NCBI RefSeq assembly: GCF_947568905.1
Contig: NC_079169.1
Coordinates: 5,394,001-5,458,000 of the forward strand
Direction: 5' to 3'
Source: Ostrea edulis
Taxonomy: Eukaryota
DNA: 64,000 nucleotides
The notes under the pieces were generated by a model. The model did not search any database. It had not been told where the DNA came from and saw only the letters and a program-made list of their open reading frames with translations. Within the stretch, counting starts at the first letter, position 1; each line of letters begins with the position of its first letter. Positions 38,201 through 52,000 of the stretch are shown one piece after another. The translations under genes were made by a program, and so were the position numbers.

Positions 38201-41200
38201 TATTCTACTTTTACCAATTGTAATAGCCTAAATTACTGAGTTACAGCCCTGAGCTGTATTTTACTGTTGTATAAGTAATCTGTTTTGAGCTGACTTCTCT
38301 TGTTTTCATTTAACAGTCTTAAAAGCTGGTGTCATCAGTCAGGCGAGAGGCTCAGCTTACATTGAACAGAATGAAACCAAAGTTATGTGTGCAGTGTAAG
38401 TTTCTTCATCAAAGACAATACTTCAATGCTTATCGAGTAGTAGCATAGACAATACTTCAATGCTTATCGAGTAGTAGCATAGACAATACTTCAATGCTTA
38501 TCGAGTAGTAGCATAGACAATACTTCAATGCTTATCGAGTAGTAGCATAGACAATACTTCAATGCTTATCGAGTAGTAGCATAGACAATACTTCAATGCT
38601 TATCGAGTTGTAGCATAGACAATCCTTCAATACTTATCGAGTAGTAGCATAGTGTTGTGTGACTGTGATTGATTGATTGATTGTTTTACGTCACGTACAG
38701 AATCTTTCACTCATATTAAGACATCACCAATGGTAGGCAAGGTACCACAAATGTAGACTTTTGCTTAGCAGTGAGGGTTCTTTAACATGACAACACCCGC
38801 GGCAACACCCGACCTCCATTTTTTAAAGGTCATATCTGAAAGAACCGTGATTCTCACTTCTAAATGTCGAGCATTTGGCGTAGGAGCAATCACTACCTAT
38901 GTTAATGTTTTGAGTTTGATGTGGCTATGGCATGAGCAGGGTCGAACTCGTAACCTCTCGGTTACAAAGTGAATGCTCTACCACAACCGGTTAATTAATT
39001 GCAGAATTACTGCTTCCATTAAGTAGGCCTACTAAATGAATACATGGTATGAAAGGTATAAGAAAAGGTTATTCAAGATGTTCAATCTGAAAGACCTAAA
39101 CAGATCAAATTCTAATATTAATGTTTCATGAAAGTCAAAGTGGAACTGGCGGAGAAAATGGAGGAAAATAAACATAACGAAAAATCATGCTGCAAAGATT
39201 TTCAAATTCACTCGCATTTAAGAGCCTTATCACTGTGACATCATATGGTAAAGTGATAACTATATCTTCCCAGCTTACTATGTAGTTCAGTAGTAAAGCA
39301 AAGGCAGCCATTATTATGATGTGGAGTGTCATGATACGTACTTCAGTCATGTGATCATTGTCCTGTCTATCTCTAAATCATTCAAGTAAATTTATAATGG
39401 GCTTTAAATTTTTAATTGACACATCAGCTTTTTGCTGAGAAAGTTTTTGGTAAACGACAGGAAAAGGTCCCCATGGCAGATTTTCTACAGACAGTGAGTC
39501 ACTATTGTACAGCTACTAGCCTGTCATTTGTTTTACTGGTGTCTACAAACTAGATATGGTCCAAGGGAAGTGGTGAAGAAGGAGGCCTTCAGTCTGATAG
39601 GACAGCTGACCTGTGAGTTTAAGTTTGCCACATTCTCATGTCGAATCCGTCGCAAACATCAGCAGGATAACGAGGAGAAGGACTACAGCAGTCAGTTACA
39701 GGACGCATTGGAACCAGCGGTTTGTCTGGTAGGGGAACCAGTCAAATAATGCAGGCATTAATTAATGTACACTGGTTCTTTGTTCACGCCAATTTACCCC
39801 AATACAAAAATTAATGAGTTTCAACTTATGGTTGAATTGGAGTCACATGATATCAGGTTTTGTTTATTTTCAGCATAAATTTCCAAAGGCTCAGGTGAAC
39901 GTATATGTCACAGTATTACAAAATGATGGAAGTCGTAAGTACCAGACACATGTTCATTTTAGTTTAAATGTGTACACTAGTGTGTGTGTTTGTGCTTATT
40001 TTAAGGACATGCACAATGTTTCTCAATCATATATAATTTGTCATGATATTTCAGGAACCATTCACTTTTATCCTATCTTGTTTCTACAATAACAAAAACT
40101 TGGGGTATATTACGGTCTATTTTGGAGTTACCGTACCTATAATTTGATAATTACTAGTTGTTGCAAGTAAAGATGTAAACTCCTGTGTATTAAAGAAAGA
40201 TGTATATTGGACATCACAAAGTTATTGCAGCAAAGAAAGGGAGATAAATCTTTGGATCAATCAGAGATCAAATTAAGATCCTTGCATTACTGATATAAAC
40301 AATAATACTACTACTACCGTATGAAATTTAAACTAATTCGGAAATTGTACAGGAACTCTTTATATCAAAGAGATGAAGAAGTAGTTTTAGGGGGAGAAAA
40401 ATGGCAGAAATGACGTCTATGACATTTTAAAATATTTCAAATTTATAAGTACATAGACAATAAGGGGCGAAATCAAAAGATCGATTTCGGATAAAAATCT
40501 AAATTCAAATAGTTAGGGGAAAAGGGTTTAAAACTCCAATAAGTTTCTGTCATCTGACATTGATTACACATCAGTAAAAAAAAAAATGAATAATTGACTG
40601 TTAAAAACCACATGATGATACGATATTTTAATGAACATTTTAAAATAGTTTTAATGTACACTTTCATTTGTGAATAAATGGTAGAAAAGGTATGCAGAGT
40701 GTTATTTATACTCGTATGTTTTCACTTGTTAATCGATTAGTTTCAACATTCATCATATTTAATTTTAAGGAGAGGGGGGTAGGGGTCTTTGTGAAAACTA
40801 TGTGAATTTATTTTTTTTTTTGGTCAGACATTGAAGTTTTGACCCCCCCCCCCCCCTAAATCATGTGAAATTTGACACCATGTTGATATTTTGGTGTTCA
40901 TAGTAAATGAAGGCACTAAAAATCTGGCCTTTAGAAATTGATAGTAATTTACAATTGTTAATACTATATATATACAATGTATATTATAATTATATATACA
41001 ATGTATATTATAATTACAGATAGGAAGACATTTATGAATATTAGAAGGTGTGTTAAAATGGAACAACATCTATTCATAATGGCCAACTTCCTTTCAAAAC
41101 AGAAATGGAAAAATATATTCTTTGTCATTTTGAATTCAATTGCCTTGCCAGATAGCTCTCTGTGTTAACTTATCCAACTCAGTAGATTGTGGACCAAGTC

Positions 41201-44200
41201 TAGGAAGGGCTCTGATTTTTTATGCCCTCGTAGTTGGAGATTTGGGTGCATATACTGTACATGTATATGTAGAGTTTGGTCTGTTTGTCTGCAACAACTT
41301 TAACCTTGGTCATAACTTTTGAATGGTTGGTGATAGGACTTTCATATTTTACATGTGTATTCTATGTGAAGAGACCTTTTGTTTGGTACCAAAAGTCATG
41401 ACCTTGACCTTGCAGTTTGACAACTTTAACATAGGCCATAACTTTTGAATGGTTATTAGTTATAGGGATTTCATATTTGACATGTGTATTCCATGCAACA
41501 GGACCTCTCTTCGGGTACCAGAATTACTCTGCTGCTGTAAGGGAGCTTCAGTGTTTTACTAACACGTTTTGTCGGGGATTACTTTCTACGAAAACTTCAT
41601 TTTTTCAATATATCAAATTGAAAGTTTTCAATGTCAAATTATTATCATACATGTTATCCACTTTCCATATCAGTTTTCTCTGGTGCTTTTATTTCTCTTT
41701 TAATTCTTTAAATATGAAATACTAGTAAGCAGTTTTCATGATGACTTGATATTGGTGGTAACTCGATATAGATACACCATTAATGGTACAAAATTGTAAC
41801 CACCAAGATATGACAATTAATGGAGACCACTGGATGTAGCTACATAATTTGGACTGCTCTTATTTCAGCGTTGGCTGCCTCACTAACATGCTGTACTGTC
41901 GCCCTGGCCAACGCTGGGATAGAAATGTATGATCTGGTGGTAGGGTGCTCAGCGGTAAGTTTTTATCATACCTGGTAATTGTTGTATTATATAACTGAGA
42001 AATTTGCATCCTTGTCAATTACATTTCCTTCAGAAACTAACACAGATTTCATAGCAGACGGCCATCAGAGCAGATGGTCTTGTTCAAAGGTAACATATTT
42101 AGTAGTGGAAGGAATAGTATTCATTGGATGTTGATTTGACTGAATACTGATCAATCTTTCCAGGGCTGTATCACTGTAAACTATATGTAGGAATACTTGA
42201 ATTGGTATTAAATTAATGCTTTATAAATGTCAGTTTATTTTTAACTTTCGATAGATTAGTTCTGAGCAGTGGATTTAACATGATTCATAGAACAGACACA
42301 AATTTAATGATTAAACAACAATTTCATAAAAAACTCCAATCTTCCATTTATCACTGGTATTAAACTGATGATAGTAACGATCGTTACTATCATCCCAAGA
42401 TGGCGAAAGGAAATTCCGGAAAGACCACATTTACTTATTATATCTATTTGTATTGTTTATTTGCGAATGATATGTAGGTAAGAAATATCATACACTAGCA
42501 ACAATTACGATCAGGTGTTATTTTATCTTTTAGACGGCTCATATGAACAGAAAATTCGTCGTTGAAAAAACAGCGTGGATGACAGTAACGAAAGTTTTAC
42601 GTTACTATCATCAGTTTAATACCAGTGATTTATAATATCTTTAGATCTGTATATTTATAAAGTATAATGTTGATCGATATAGAAATCTGTTAAGACAAGG
42701 TTTGTTTTAGTTTCTGATGGAAATACATGGTATACACAGCAAGCATTCCTGTATCTGTAAAGACTTTTTTTATCTCCTAAAAATGTGTAGAAAATTTGAG
42801 AATTTATACCTTTTTACATTATATAGAGAATAACCCCATATCAAGTATTCATAGACCCAACAGAGACGGAGGAATACAAGCCAGAGGTCAGTTGTTAGAG
42901 TTCTCTCCCTTTGTAATTCCCTTCACAATTCATTACAAGAGGGAGGGCTATTTGTGCGAGTCTGAGCTTGTACAAGTAGACGCTCTACAGGACATGTTTT
43001 TGTTCCATTGATTTGATACTTCAAATGTAGCTTTGTTATCAAGTGATTAAGGACTCTACTGACTACTGAGTCTGCGGTCTAAAGCCAGGTCAAGGTCACT
43101 TCGGTACTTCATAGTAGAAGATTATAGACACTCTACAGTCTTCTTTTTGGGACTCAATTGATTTGATACTTTACATGTAGCCTTCTCATCAAGAGAGGAG
43201 GAACCCTATTGGTTTTGGGGTGCAAAGATCAAGGTCACAACAAGACTTCATCGAAGAAGCTTGTAGACTCTCATTGTGAGGGGGATATGCCCCAACTTGC
43301 GGAGTTCTTGTTATGAATATCCAGAGAGATAGATTACAATGCCACACTTCTCAACTATGTTAAAAAAAAGCAGTCATGATTGTTTCCTTGTGTTGAAAAT
43401 TGAAGTCTGTAAAATAAGTACTGAGTGATGATGTACGATTGCCACATGGTGAATATAGACAAATTTTCATTATCACCGATGTGCACGATTAATCTGTGTG
43501 GCATTCATACCAAGATATGTTTGTGAAACACTGATGCCCTGGATTACAACAGTGCAACCAGGTCAAAGGTCTCTGTTAAAGTCACAAGGTCAAAGATTTT
43601 GTTGTCGATGGACTTGGTCTTGCAACAAGAAATACACATACCAAATATGAAATCTCTACCTCTTATGGTGTAAAAGATATGACCAAGGTTTTTTGCCACA
43701 GACAGACGGGCCAAAAGTTATATGCCCTTAAATTTCCGATTAATAAGGTAAGACTTGGAACTACTTAATAAGGCACTTTTAAATTATATTAGATGCATTT
43801 GTTACACTAACATAGCTCACCTCAATACTATGCCCCATTGCTAACTTTCATTAAAATTATATGCCCCCAAATATTCGATTCCGGGGGCATTTAAAATATA
43901 TCATTCTGAGCAATGTTTTTTTTTCATTTTCAGCAAGACAATCAGCCTGGCAATGGTAGTATCATGGTGGGACTGATGCCATCTCAGAACCAAGTGTCTG
44001 CTGTCACGTCTAAAGGGGAGGTCCAGTTTGAACTACTTAATAAGGTAAGACTTGGAACTACTTAATAAGGCAGTTTTAAATTACATGTATATTAGATGTA
44101 TTTGTTGCACTGACATAGCTCACCTCAATAGTATGCCCCATTGCTAACTTTCATAATGCAAACATAACCTCTATACATTTCAGGCCACCAAGCAATGCAT

Positions 44201-44288
44201 TGAAGTGTGTCAGAAACTGTATCCAGTGTTACAACAGGCTGTGGCCAAAGCCGTGGAGGTCAGACTGACCAGTGATCATGTGACTTGA
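35223..44288 (+). CDS. EXOSC6: Exosome complex component MTR3 (RNase PH family), 273 aa, 9 exons
   Basis: Exons 35223-35309, 37885-37942, 38317-38395, 39554-39728, 39874-39934, 41869-41954, 42827-42886, 43934-44044 and 44184-44288 total 822 nt with consistent phases. MPTDTKRINGPEES N-terminus, GVISQARGSAYIE..ETKVMCAVYGPRE, CEFKFATFS, FPKAQV.V...VLQNDGS, ALANAGIEMYDLV, DPT..EE. Confidence 0.96.
35740..36980 (-). mobile_element. tRNA-bearing TRIM, subfamily B, with 5' LTR end amplified into an array
   Basis: On the minus strand: truncated 5' LTR (B-box remnant GGTTTGATTC at ~36964-36973), then the array, PBS TGGTGCCGTTGACC from 35992, PPT AAAGGAGGAGGGAG 35905-35892, and 3' LTR 35891-35740 starting TGTAGTAG. 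Confidence 0.85.
35993..36963. repeat. 42-bp minisatellite, 23 copies, derived from TRIM LTR end
   Basis: Unit TCTTTAGTATAGGAGAGGAGGAAA(C/T)CTGTGGCTGGACTATGA. Last unit starts at 36922 (22 x 42 plus one 5-bp insertion). Confidence 0.97.
37058..37642 (+). mobile_element. Hetero-tandem TRIM: PPT-A / LTR-A / internal-B / LTR-B / internal-A / degenerate LTR-A
   Basis: LTR 37081-37212, PBS at 37215, LTR 37313-37448, PBS at 37451, PPT 37541-37556, third LTR from 37557. Confidence 0.8.
38413..38650. repeat. 34-bp minisatellite, 7 copies (EXOSC6 intron 3)
   Basis: Unit AGACAATACTTCAATGCTTATCGAGTAGTAGCAT starts at 38413, 38447 ... 38617. Confidence 0.97.
38667..38992 (-). mobile_element. tRNA-derived SINE with (AATC)n tail
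   Basis: Minus-strand head GTGGTAGAGCA (A-box) ... GAGTTCGACCC (B-box). Tail appears as (GATT)4 at 38667-38682. Confidence 0.8.
41216..41520 (+). mobile_element. 3'-truncated HINE
   Basis: TTTTTTATGCCC start and two AACTTTAAC.T.GG.CATAACTTTTGAATGGTT units. Confidence 0.65.
42352..42627. mobile_element. CACTG-terminal (EnSpm/CACTA-like) MITE
   Basis: Perfect 28-bp TIR CACTGGTATTAAACTGATGATAGTAACG, AT on both flanks (possible 2-bp TSD), 28-bp subterminal palindrome GATGATAGTAACGATCGTTACTATCATC. Confidence 0.8.
42915..43312 (+). mobile_element. HINE (same subfamily as 52484-52916)
   Basis: 3' end CATTGTGAGGGGGATATGCCCCAACTTGCGGAGTTCTTGTT is nearly the reverse complement of the 52484 end. Two internal units. 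Confidence 0.75.
43511..43896 (-). mobile_element. HINE (27040 family) with host-derived insert at its 5' terminus
   Basis: Reverse-complement 3' end GTGTTTCACAAACATATCTTG at 43511-43531. 5' hairpin ATGCCCCCGGAATCGAATATTTGGGGGCAT at ~43861-43890. Insert 43740-43851. Confidence 0.75.
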
Positions 44289-44501
44289 AGCGCTGTTGAT
44301 TGGAGGATTTTCATTTTTATATCGCTGTTGACAATGTTTCTTCCATAAACTACAGATATTCATGTAGTTAAACATTTTGTGTTGGATTCAGCACATTAAA
44401 ATTGAATTCTTGTATTGTTTTGGTTTATTTAGTAATTAGGGCTTTGCATTAATTAAAGATGTAAGAATCCTGCAGTATATATATATATATATATATATAT
44501 A

Positions 44502-44679
44502 CAGTCACACCTTGCTATCTTGAACTCAATGGGGCCGGAAAAAACTTTTGAGATATCCGAGAGTTCAAGATGTTGAGTTTAAAATACACAAGGAAAATGT
44601 AGTTGTGACTTCCAACTCACTTCGACTTATCCATGATATTTGAGATACCTTAGTTCAACAGTTACAGTATTTCACACTG
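44502..44679. mobile_element. Tc1/mariner-type MITE (CAGT...ACTG, TA TSD)
   Basis: TA|CAGT...ACTG|TA, with internal GAGATAT/CAAGAT motifs shared with 57295-57461. Confidence 0.6.
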
Positions 44680-45879
44680 TATATAAATCAAGAAAATCAA
44701 AGTACATGTATTGCAAGTGTCAATTTAAACTTCGAATGATGTGGCTTCTTGGCCAGTGCATAGAATTGTGTTAACAATGAATGTTTTCATATCTTAACTT
44801 GACTCTTTTGATATCCAAAGGACAACTTCAGTGTTACAATACCCATCATGGTGCGCAATTGGAGTAGATTCAAGGTTTCAGCTTAAGGGGGGTGGGGGAT
44901 GGGAGAGCGCATGGACCAATCCTCAGAGGCAATGGGCCATTATTCCTCCGGTGTGGCCATGGTTAAGCCCTTGTGGGCTCATGGGGTGAAGCTGCTGGTG
45001 TTATAGAGTAGGAACCCCCCCCCCCCCCCCACCCCTTTACAGGAAATTTCTTTATGCCTGTCCATGTAGTATTACTTTAGAAGAATTTAGGATAATGGAT
45101 AATCCAGAGGGGTATTTATGACCTACGTTTAAAATACTCTATTCACCGTTTGATTAATCGTCTATCACCATAATTATGGAAGTCCCATCAAATTTAGATT
45201 AATCTAGTTTTTATGTGTTTAGTCTAAAAGCAAGAAATGACTCTGCCTATTTTCCCGCTGGGTGTTGGGTTGTACTACAACTTTACACGTACATGTATAA
45301 TACTCAAGAGTAGGATTTATAACTAAACTCTTTCACTTGTACTTCATTTATATAACTTTCTTTTAATTAGTTGAAAGTACTCAATTTATCATGATAGATA
45401 TATGTATCTTTAATTCAATTATAACATGCTTTCATTTCATAAATAGCATATTATATTCTAAGAAAAATCTGGTCAAATCGAACTATGTCAGCCGGGTATA
45501 CTCGGTGACGTGCTAAGAATCAAGTGACCCGGCTACAGTACAGTAATGAAATTGTTGACCTTCTATTGTATAAATATTCGGCATAGAAATGACCAACATA
45601 TTTACAAATCATGTTTATTTCACCAGTGTAAAAATTCTTAAAATGAGCAACTCTCAATACTACTGTCTCCAACTTGAAGCCACCATCGCCTATCAAAATT
45701 TTCCGGCTCAATCGGCTTACCCAGCGGAATGCATGTGCAATTCCGGCTCACAATTATGGAAGAGTTGTCAAAGTTAAGATTGTATTGCATTATGGGATTT
45801 CACAGGATGATAGCTGGCTTTTGAACATTATGGAAGAGTTGTCAAAGTTAAGATTGCATTGCATTATGGGATACGTGTA

Positions 45880-46200
45880 AAATAGACCAATTTGAAAGTA
45901 ATCAATTCTATATACATTATTACACAACAAAGGATATTCGTTGTATATAAAACATTTTTTCTGTGGTATCATGTTCTTCTAAAGGGCAGCTTTATCAATA
46001 CACTGTACACTGTTAATGGATTGGGTTTGAATTCACAAAAGCAACTTATTTCAGATAATATAGAAAACAAATGACTAAGTTCAGAATTTCTAATCATAGG
46101 TTAAATATGGAAGTTGGTCATTAAAGGAATATCATAATTAAGGCTCCAGCGATTCATTGAGATACCAGTACATCTTATTCAAAAAATGATCCTTGATAAG
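45880..46200 (+). mobile_element. Degenerate LINE ORF2 C-terminal fragment
   Basis: 46071-46121 reads MTKFRISNHRLNMEVGH, matching the xxKFRxSNHxLxIExGR motif of LINE ORF2 tails. Confidence 0.6.
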
Positions 46201-46519
46201 TTTATTCAATTCAATAGTTGAATAACTGATGAAAGAATGTGCCCATTCAATTAATATAACAAAGATATTGATAAAAAAGCAGTCAGTATGTAGTAGAGCA
46301 GTGGATAGGGGTTACAGCCACCCCTCTAAGGAGGATGACTCGCTAAATCCCATAGTTTCCGGTGGAAATTTAAAAAATAGAATCCAGACCAAGCATGAAG
46401 GGGGAAAGTCTCGCTATTGATAGTTTGGAGAAAGTCTCACTATAAATAAATGTAGCCAGACTTCCAGGGGGCAGTCTCGCTATAATAGCCAGTCTTCCTG
46501 GGGAAGTCTCACTATATAA

Positions 46520-46620
46520 CACCAGGATTTGAACTCTGGCTTCCTGAATCTTCAGTCAGGTGCTCTACCATGCAATTGAACTATCTGCCCACCGTCGATC
46601 GAACCCATCTGACCACTACA
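46520..46620 (-). mobile_element. Partial solo LTR of tRNA-bearing TRIM, subfamily A
   Basis: Minus strand TGTAGTGGTCAGATGGG...CAGATAGTTCAATTG...GGTAGAGCACCTGACTGAAGATTCAGG...GAGTTCAAATCCTGG. Confidence 0.75.
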
Positions 46621-49061
46621 CCATGTTTACACATGAACTGTCCATGAAATCCACAAAACAACACAATTAGTCTATGTCAATAACATAAAAATTTATTTAG
46701 TACATCAAGAATAACATCCAGTACAATGAAGTTAATGCAGACAGAAGTCGCTGTAACATGAGGCCATTTAGATCTGATAATATTCAGTCACTTTAATCTT
46801 GAACAAAATTTTCTAGTCTGGCAAAAAACAATTTATTGTGTTGTTGAAAGTGATTCAGTGAAATGCCCTATGGTGTATGTGAAAACATCACCTTAATAAC
46901 ATGATCCTGTTCTTAAACAATAAGGATATATATAATCTATAAGCAGTGTATTTCTGTCCCATCACCAACAACACAGAGCAGTAACAAGAAGTGCAAAGAG
47001 TTAACTCCCTTGATATAGTTATCAGCATTGCATCATCGTCGCAGGCCACGCCTATTGTCTCCGTTTACACTACGTCATTTGAGGTAGGGTAGGTACTACC
47101 AGACTCTGTAACCGTGGCTAGTGACAATGTCATTGCATGTACTAGAGTGTTTATGTACTACTTATACTTATAATTTCTTATACTTTGTACCACATCTTTG
47201 GTCATGATTGACAGGAAATACTAATAAGTGTATTATGGAAAAAGGGAACTAATCGGTGTTGATGTGTAGTTGTGGAAAATACAGAGAAAAACAATGAAAA
47301 AGGTAATATAACCCAGTTTTTTATGATGTTATCTTATAACCAGTTTTTTTTAATATGATGTTATTTTACAGAAGGATTCATTCTTCACTGACTAGACTTT
47401 ATAAGAAGAATTTTAATACATAAATAAAATACATAAACCCAAATTCAACCTTAGTGTAATTTCATTTTTCAAAACCTTGTCAGTTGTCAGGGGACAATAA
47501 GCTTGGAGATAAATTTACAATTTTACTCGGACAGAAGTCAAACTGAATACAAACTTGGACATTACATGACATACTGTATCTCTTTACACAAAGGACACAG
47601 CCAAGATTGAAAATTTTCCAAAAACAAATCGAAGGAAATGAACAACACTACACGTACATATAATGGAAATTTTGAATCTTGCTATCTTAGGGCAATGTCA
47701 TGATGAGGCATGATATATTTGTGCTGGCGAGCCAGAAATTATGTCAGATCTTTTATATATTCCACTTAATAGCAAATAACATGATGAAGATCAGCTGGAT
47801 TAATATGTTCTGATGTAACCCAGAAAAGATGTATATATACATGTAATCAAATTCTATAACGAGTTGGGTCTTTCAATAATACCCATTTGCATAATACATA
47901 CACAGTACATGTACCTTTAAACATTTATATACATGTAGTTAAAAAAAAAAGAAGCTCAAATACCTTAAACCCTAAAAATTTGCAAAGAAAAAATTTGCAA
48001 AGAAGTTGGTTTTGATATTAAATGAAGTGGACTTGAAAATGGGCCACCATTTTTTTTTTTTTTGCAGTGAAAAAGCACAGTCTTCAAAATTGGTGGGACT
48101 TGAAAATAGACTGAACTCCAATAAACATTTATAAGACAGTTTTTAAAATAGACTGAACTCCAATAAACAATAAGACAGTCTTTAAAATTTATTCCATGTT
48201 TGGCATTACAAGTTTGTTATAAATATCTGGGCATAAGTTAAATGCAGCACAACAGTGGCCTGAATTTTGTGTTCTGCACCATAATTTTGAAACAGTAGTG
48301 ATATCGTTTTCTTTTGTTTAAATCCAAATATATTTACTATTAATCTATACTAGGCATTGGCGTCATTACAATCTCACTGCAAATCTACGCATAAATCTAA
48401 ATGCCCCTAATTTAGCATCTGGAGGTTTCTGGATGCCACATGTCAGTTTTTGGTACCAACTTTTAGAGTTACTGTTCATTTCTTACCTATTTTAACCATG
48501 AAAATTAGTCTAGATATGAAAATAATACAGTGTTGAAAATAAACCCTTATTTCTTTACCAAAACTTAAAACAAGTCGTGCCTTACTACATTATCAAGGTT
48601 TAGTGTATCATCAATTTAATGCAGCGTCAAGATAAATCTTAGAGAACAGAAGATCATACATATATACATTTAGTCCTAAACCTTTCAGCATAATTTTTAA
48701 TCTGAATGAATTACAGTAACTATGTGGCCCAAGGCTTGCAGTATACATGTAACTTCATGAATCCTAGACCTGTCAAACCAGTCTAATCTGACATTTGTGT
48801 ATTTTGTTTTACTGTGAACCCTGACCTTTCATCACTCCCCCTTTTTTTTCAATGTCCTATACATTGCAATCCACCCCCACATCCAGCATGTCAGATTAAT
48901 AAGATTTCTCTATACATGTTTTTAATTGAACAAGACAATAACGGCTGGCATCCATGGTTTGGAATATCATTTATCACGCTTACACACCCCTGTTCTTTCT
49001 CAGATAAACATTGCACATGGTAAAATTTGACACAATGGTTTGATACTCCAGACACGGTGAA

Positions 49062-52000
49062 TCATGACGTTAATTTGACGGCAGTGAACATACTGTCTTT
49101 TTTGCTGCGAGCCTGTTCTTTCTCCATTTTCCTCCGAGCATGCTCCTGTAACCGTCTCTGCTGTTCTGACTTCCTGCTTTGTTTAATGGCTGCTTCAGCT
49201 TGCCATGATAAATCTTCCAGAGACTCTTCTCCCCATGCATTCTCTGTGTCTTCCCAGGAACCAAGTTCTGCACCCTTAATGACAAAGTTTTGTCTTTCAC
49301 ACGAGGAAATTATGCTAAAATGTTATTGCACTCACTTAAGTCACTTTCCTTTCCATTATTGAGAAATGTGACTTCAAACTTCTGTTTGAGATTATTGTAG
49401 GTTTTTTTTTTCATGTACACATCTTAAATATGATAACGAACTGAATTTTTTTAATTTTATTTTTGTACTTACTGGTATTTTAAATTGCTCACTATGAAGT
49501 GTAAACAATATTTTAAAAACATTCATTTATGAAAGATTATTATTTTATCGAAATTGAACTTTTGATTTCATAAAATACTTGCAGAAAATTGCATTACTCC
49601 CCTTCTCAATATGATAAATAACAAGAGTACCACAAACAGTACATAATACACCCGTGAAATGCTTACATAGGGTGTTTTTCTTGAGCTATAATTTGTATAA
49701 CTTTGCTTCATGTAGTATCAGCCATCATGAGGCTATGACAAACTTTCATATGAACAAAGGGTCTTAGCTTAAAAATCGAGATTTCCTGAAAATGGACCAA
49801 GTTCAACAACCTGTACTTTTTTCAAAAATGGAAGAAAATCAAAATCCTTCCCCAGATGCACATCTTCAATACCCATACAAACACTCCACAAAATAAGATG
49901 GTCCTCACTTGAAAACTGTGGGAGGAGTTGGGCAGACAAATTATGTACCCTCCATAAAATATTAATTTCCAAATCGACTAAGTTCAACAACCTGTAATTT
50001 TCTCAAAAATTGTAGAAAATCAAAATCCATTCCACATTCATATCTTCAATACGCATACAAACACTCCACAAAATAAGAAGGCTCTCACTTGAAAACTGTG
50101 GGAGGAGTAGGGTGGACAAATTATGTACCCTCCATATAATAATTATTTCCAAATAAAGGGGCAAAACTCCTGGAAAAAAGGTCGAAATGGATCAACATTG
50201 CAGTATGATCTAGAGTGAACCACAACGAAGCTACACAGCAAGTTTCAGCACGATATGTGAAAGGGAAATGAAATTATAAAGAGAAAACCCTGAACGGAGG
50301 GACGAACAGACGTACAGACATCGCTGTACCATAATACTCCCCGTCTAAAGATGGGTGTATAAAAATTGATCAATACGGTAGCTTTAGTTTAAATGTAGAA
50401 GTGCCTGAAAAACTAAGGTCGGTTTTTGTTGAGGTTTTTATTATTTTTTTTGCCTTTAACATCACCTTTCTCAATCTCTTTTTATTATTTAAAAAAAAAA
50501 AGGTTTGATACAAGAATCACATACATCTTGTCAAAACAAACCTTGAACAAAAGAATGTGTTTGCAAATTATGGTGAGGAATGATCACATGGATTTAAAAT
50601 CTTCCTATCCATATTACATAATCCATGCACTTTCGTATAGTGACATTTCATCTTAAAATATCAAGCATTTTAAAGAAATCATACAAGTCAATTTATACAT
50701 AGCTACCTGATTCAAGGGAGCATCTCCCAAAAAAGCAAATTTGTTTGCACCCAGCTGAGAGGTATTTGAATTTCCTCCGACGTAAACCTACGAAAGAGAA
50801 CAATAATGGTATCAGATCTAATGGCATTCCCTTGCAACATGGCCTATCGTAATACATGTACAGCATCTCTACAAGTACATAAGTACACAAGAAAATTAAG
50901 ATTTTTCATTCAAGTTACCTTGATTTTTTATATTTGATGTCACCGAATACACAAAAGGCCAGGGAGAAAAAAGGTTTAAACTTGAGAGTATTTTTCCTCA
51001 TTTGCAATGTACATGTACAATGATAAACATTAGAAGTGTGAGGGCACAATATGAAGCAGATTAACATTGTTTCTCTATCCTCCACAACTAAAACTAAAAA
51101 TATATCTAAAATCTTGCTCAGAATTTTTTTTTAAATTTTACCTTTGATGAACTTAACCTTTTAAAGTAACTTTAAAAGTCATTAAGAACCAAACTCTTTA
51201 TGCATGGTACCCTTCTTGCAAGTGCAATAAAACTGGGCTCTTTGAAAAGACCTAAAATTAATTTTCCAAATATGACCTTGAAAACTGATATGAACTAAGG
51301 CCATAATAAGTTAATAGGAGGTTCTGGTAACTTTGATAAATACTGAATTATAAGAGATGTGGCTTAAATCTTTTATTACACAAGGCCAAACCAACCAACA
51401 CAAAACAGAACAAATGAGTTAAAGTAATTCCACCCTCCTGTGACGTCATAAGATTTTACAAAATCAATGATTTATCTAGATTTATGCATGATGTTACCAT
51501 AAATTTTGTTGGAGTCTTTTCCAATCATGGTTATTGTAAAAAAAAAAATCTTGTTAAACATACAATATTTCAAAAGTCTAAATTATATATAAATAATATG
51601 TTTCAAAATATTGAATCCAAGGACAATAACTCTGTTTTCATCGAATCCTTTATCAAGTTCATTATGCGATAGATTTTCCTTGTTTTCTACAGAAATTTTG
51701 AATAGTTTTGTATAGAAAGTTTCATGAAATTCTTATGAATACTATTATATCATTTTAACCAGTGTTTGTGAAATTTTAATGATGCTGAGGCAGTTGAAGG
51801 AAAATTGCAATTTTCTGACGGTGATATATGATTCTGTTCATGTATGTCTAGCATCTTAAAAAGTGTGATGATCTATATATTTATTTGATAATTTATTAGT
51901 TTTAACTCTAATAAATTGTAATAAATACACATTTTAAACTTTTATTAGATGATAAAGCAAGTATGGATTTACCTTAAATGTTATATCCTTCCATAATTCT

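Noticed and set aside
45753-45873. ~47-bp direct repeat with 74-bp period
   Set aside because: Simple local duplication beside a LINE fragment, with no terminal or structural features.
49070-49300. Apparent EBAG9 frameshift (track ORF ending KKTVCSLPSN)
   Set aside because: This is the wrong frame. The spliced frame from 49274 reads through AAA AAA GAC to ...DSMFTAVKLTS* at 49062.
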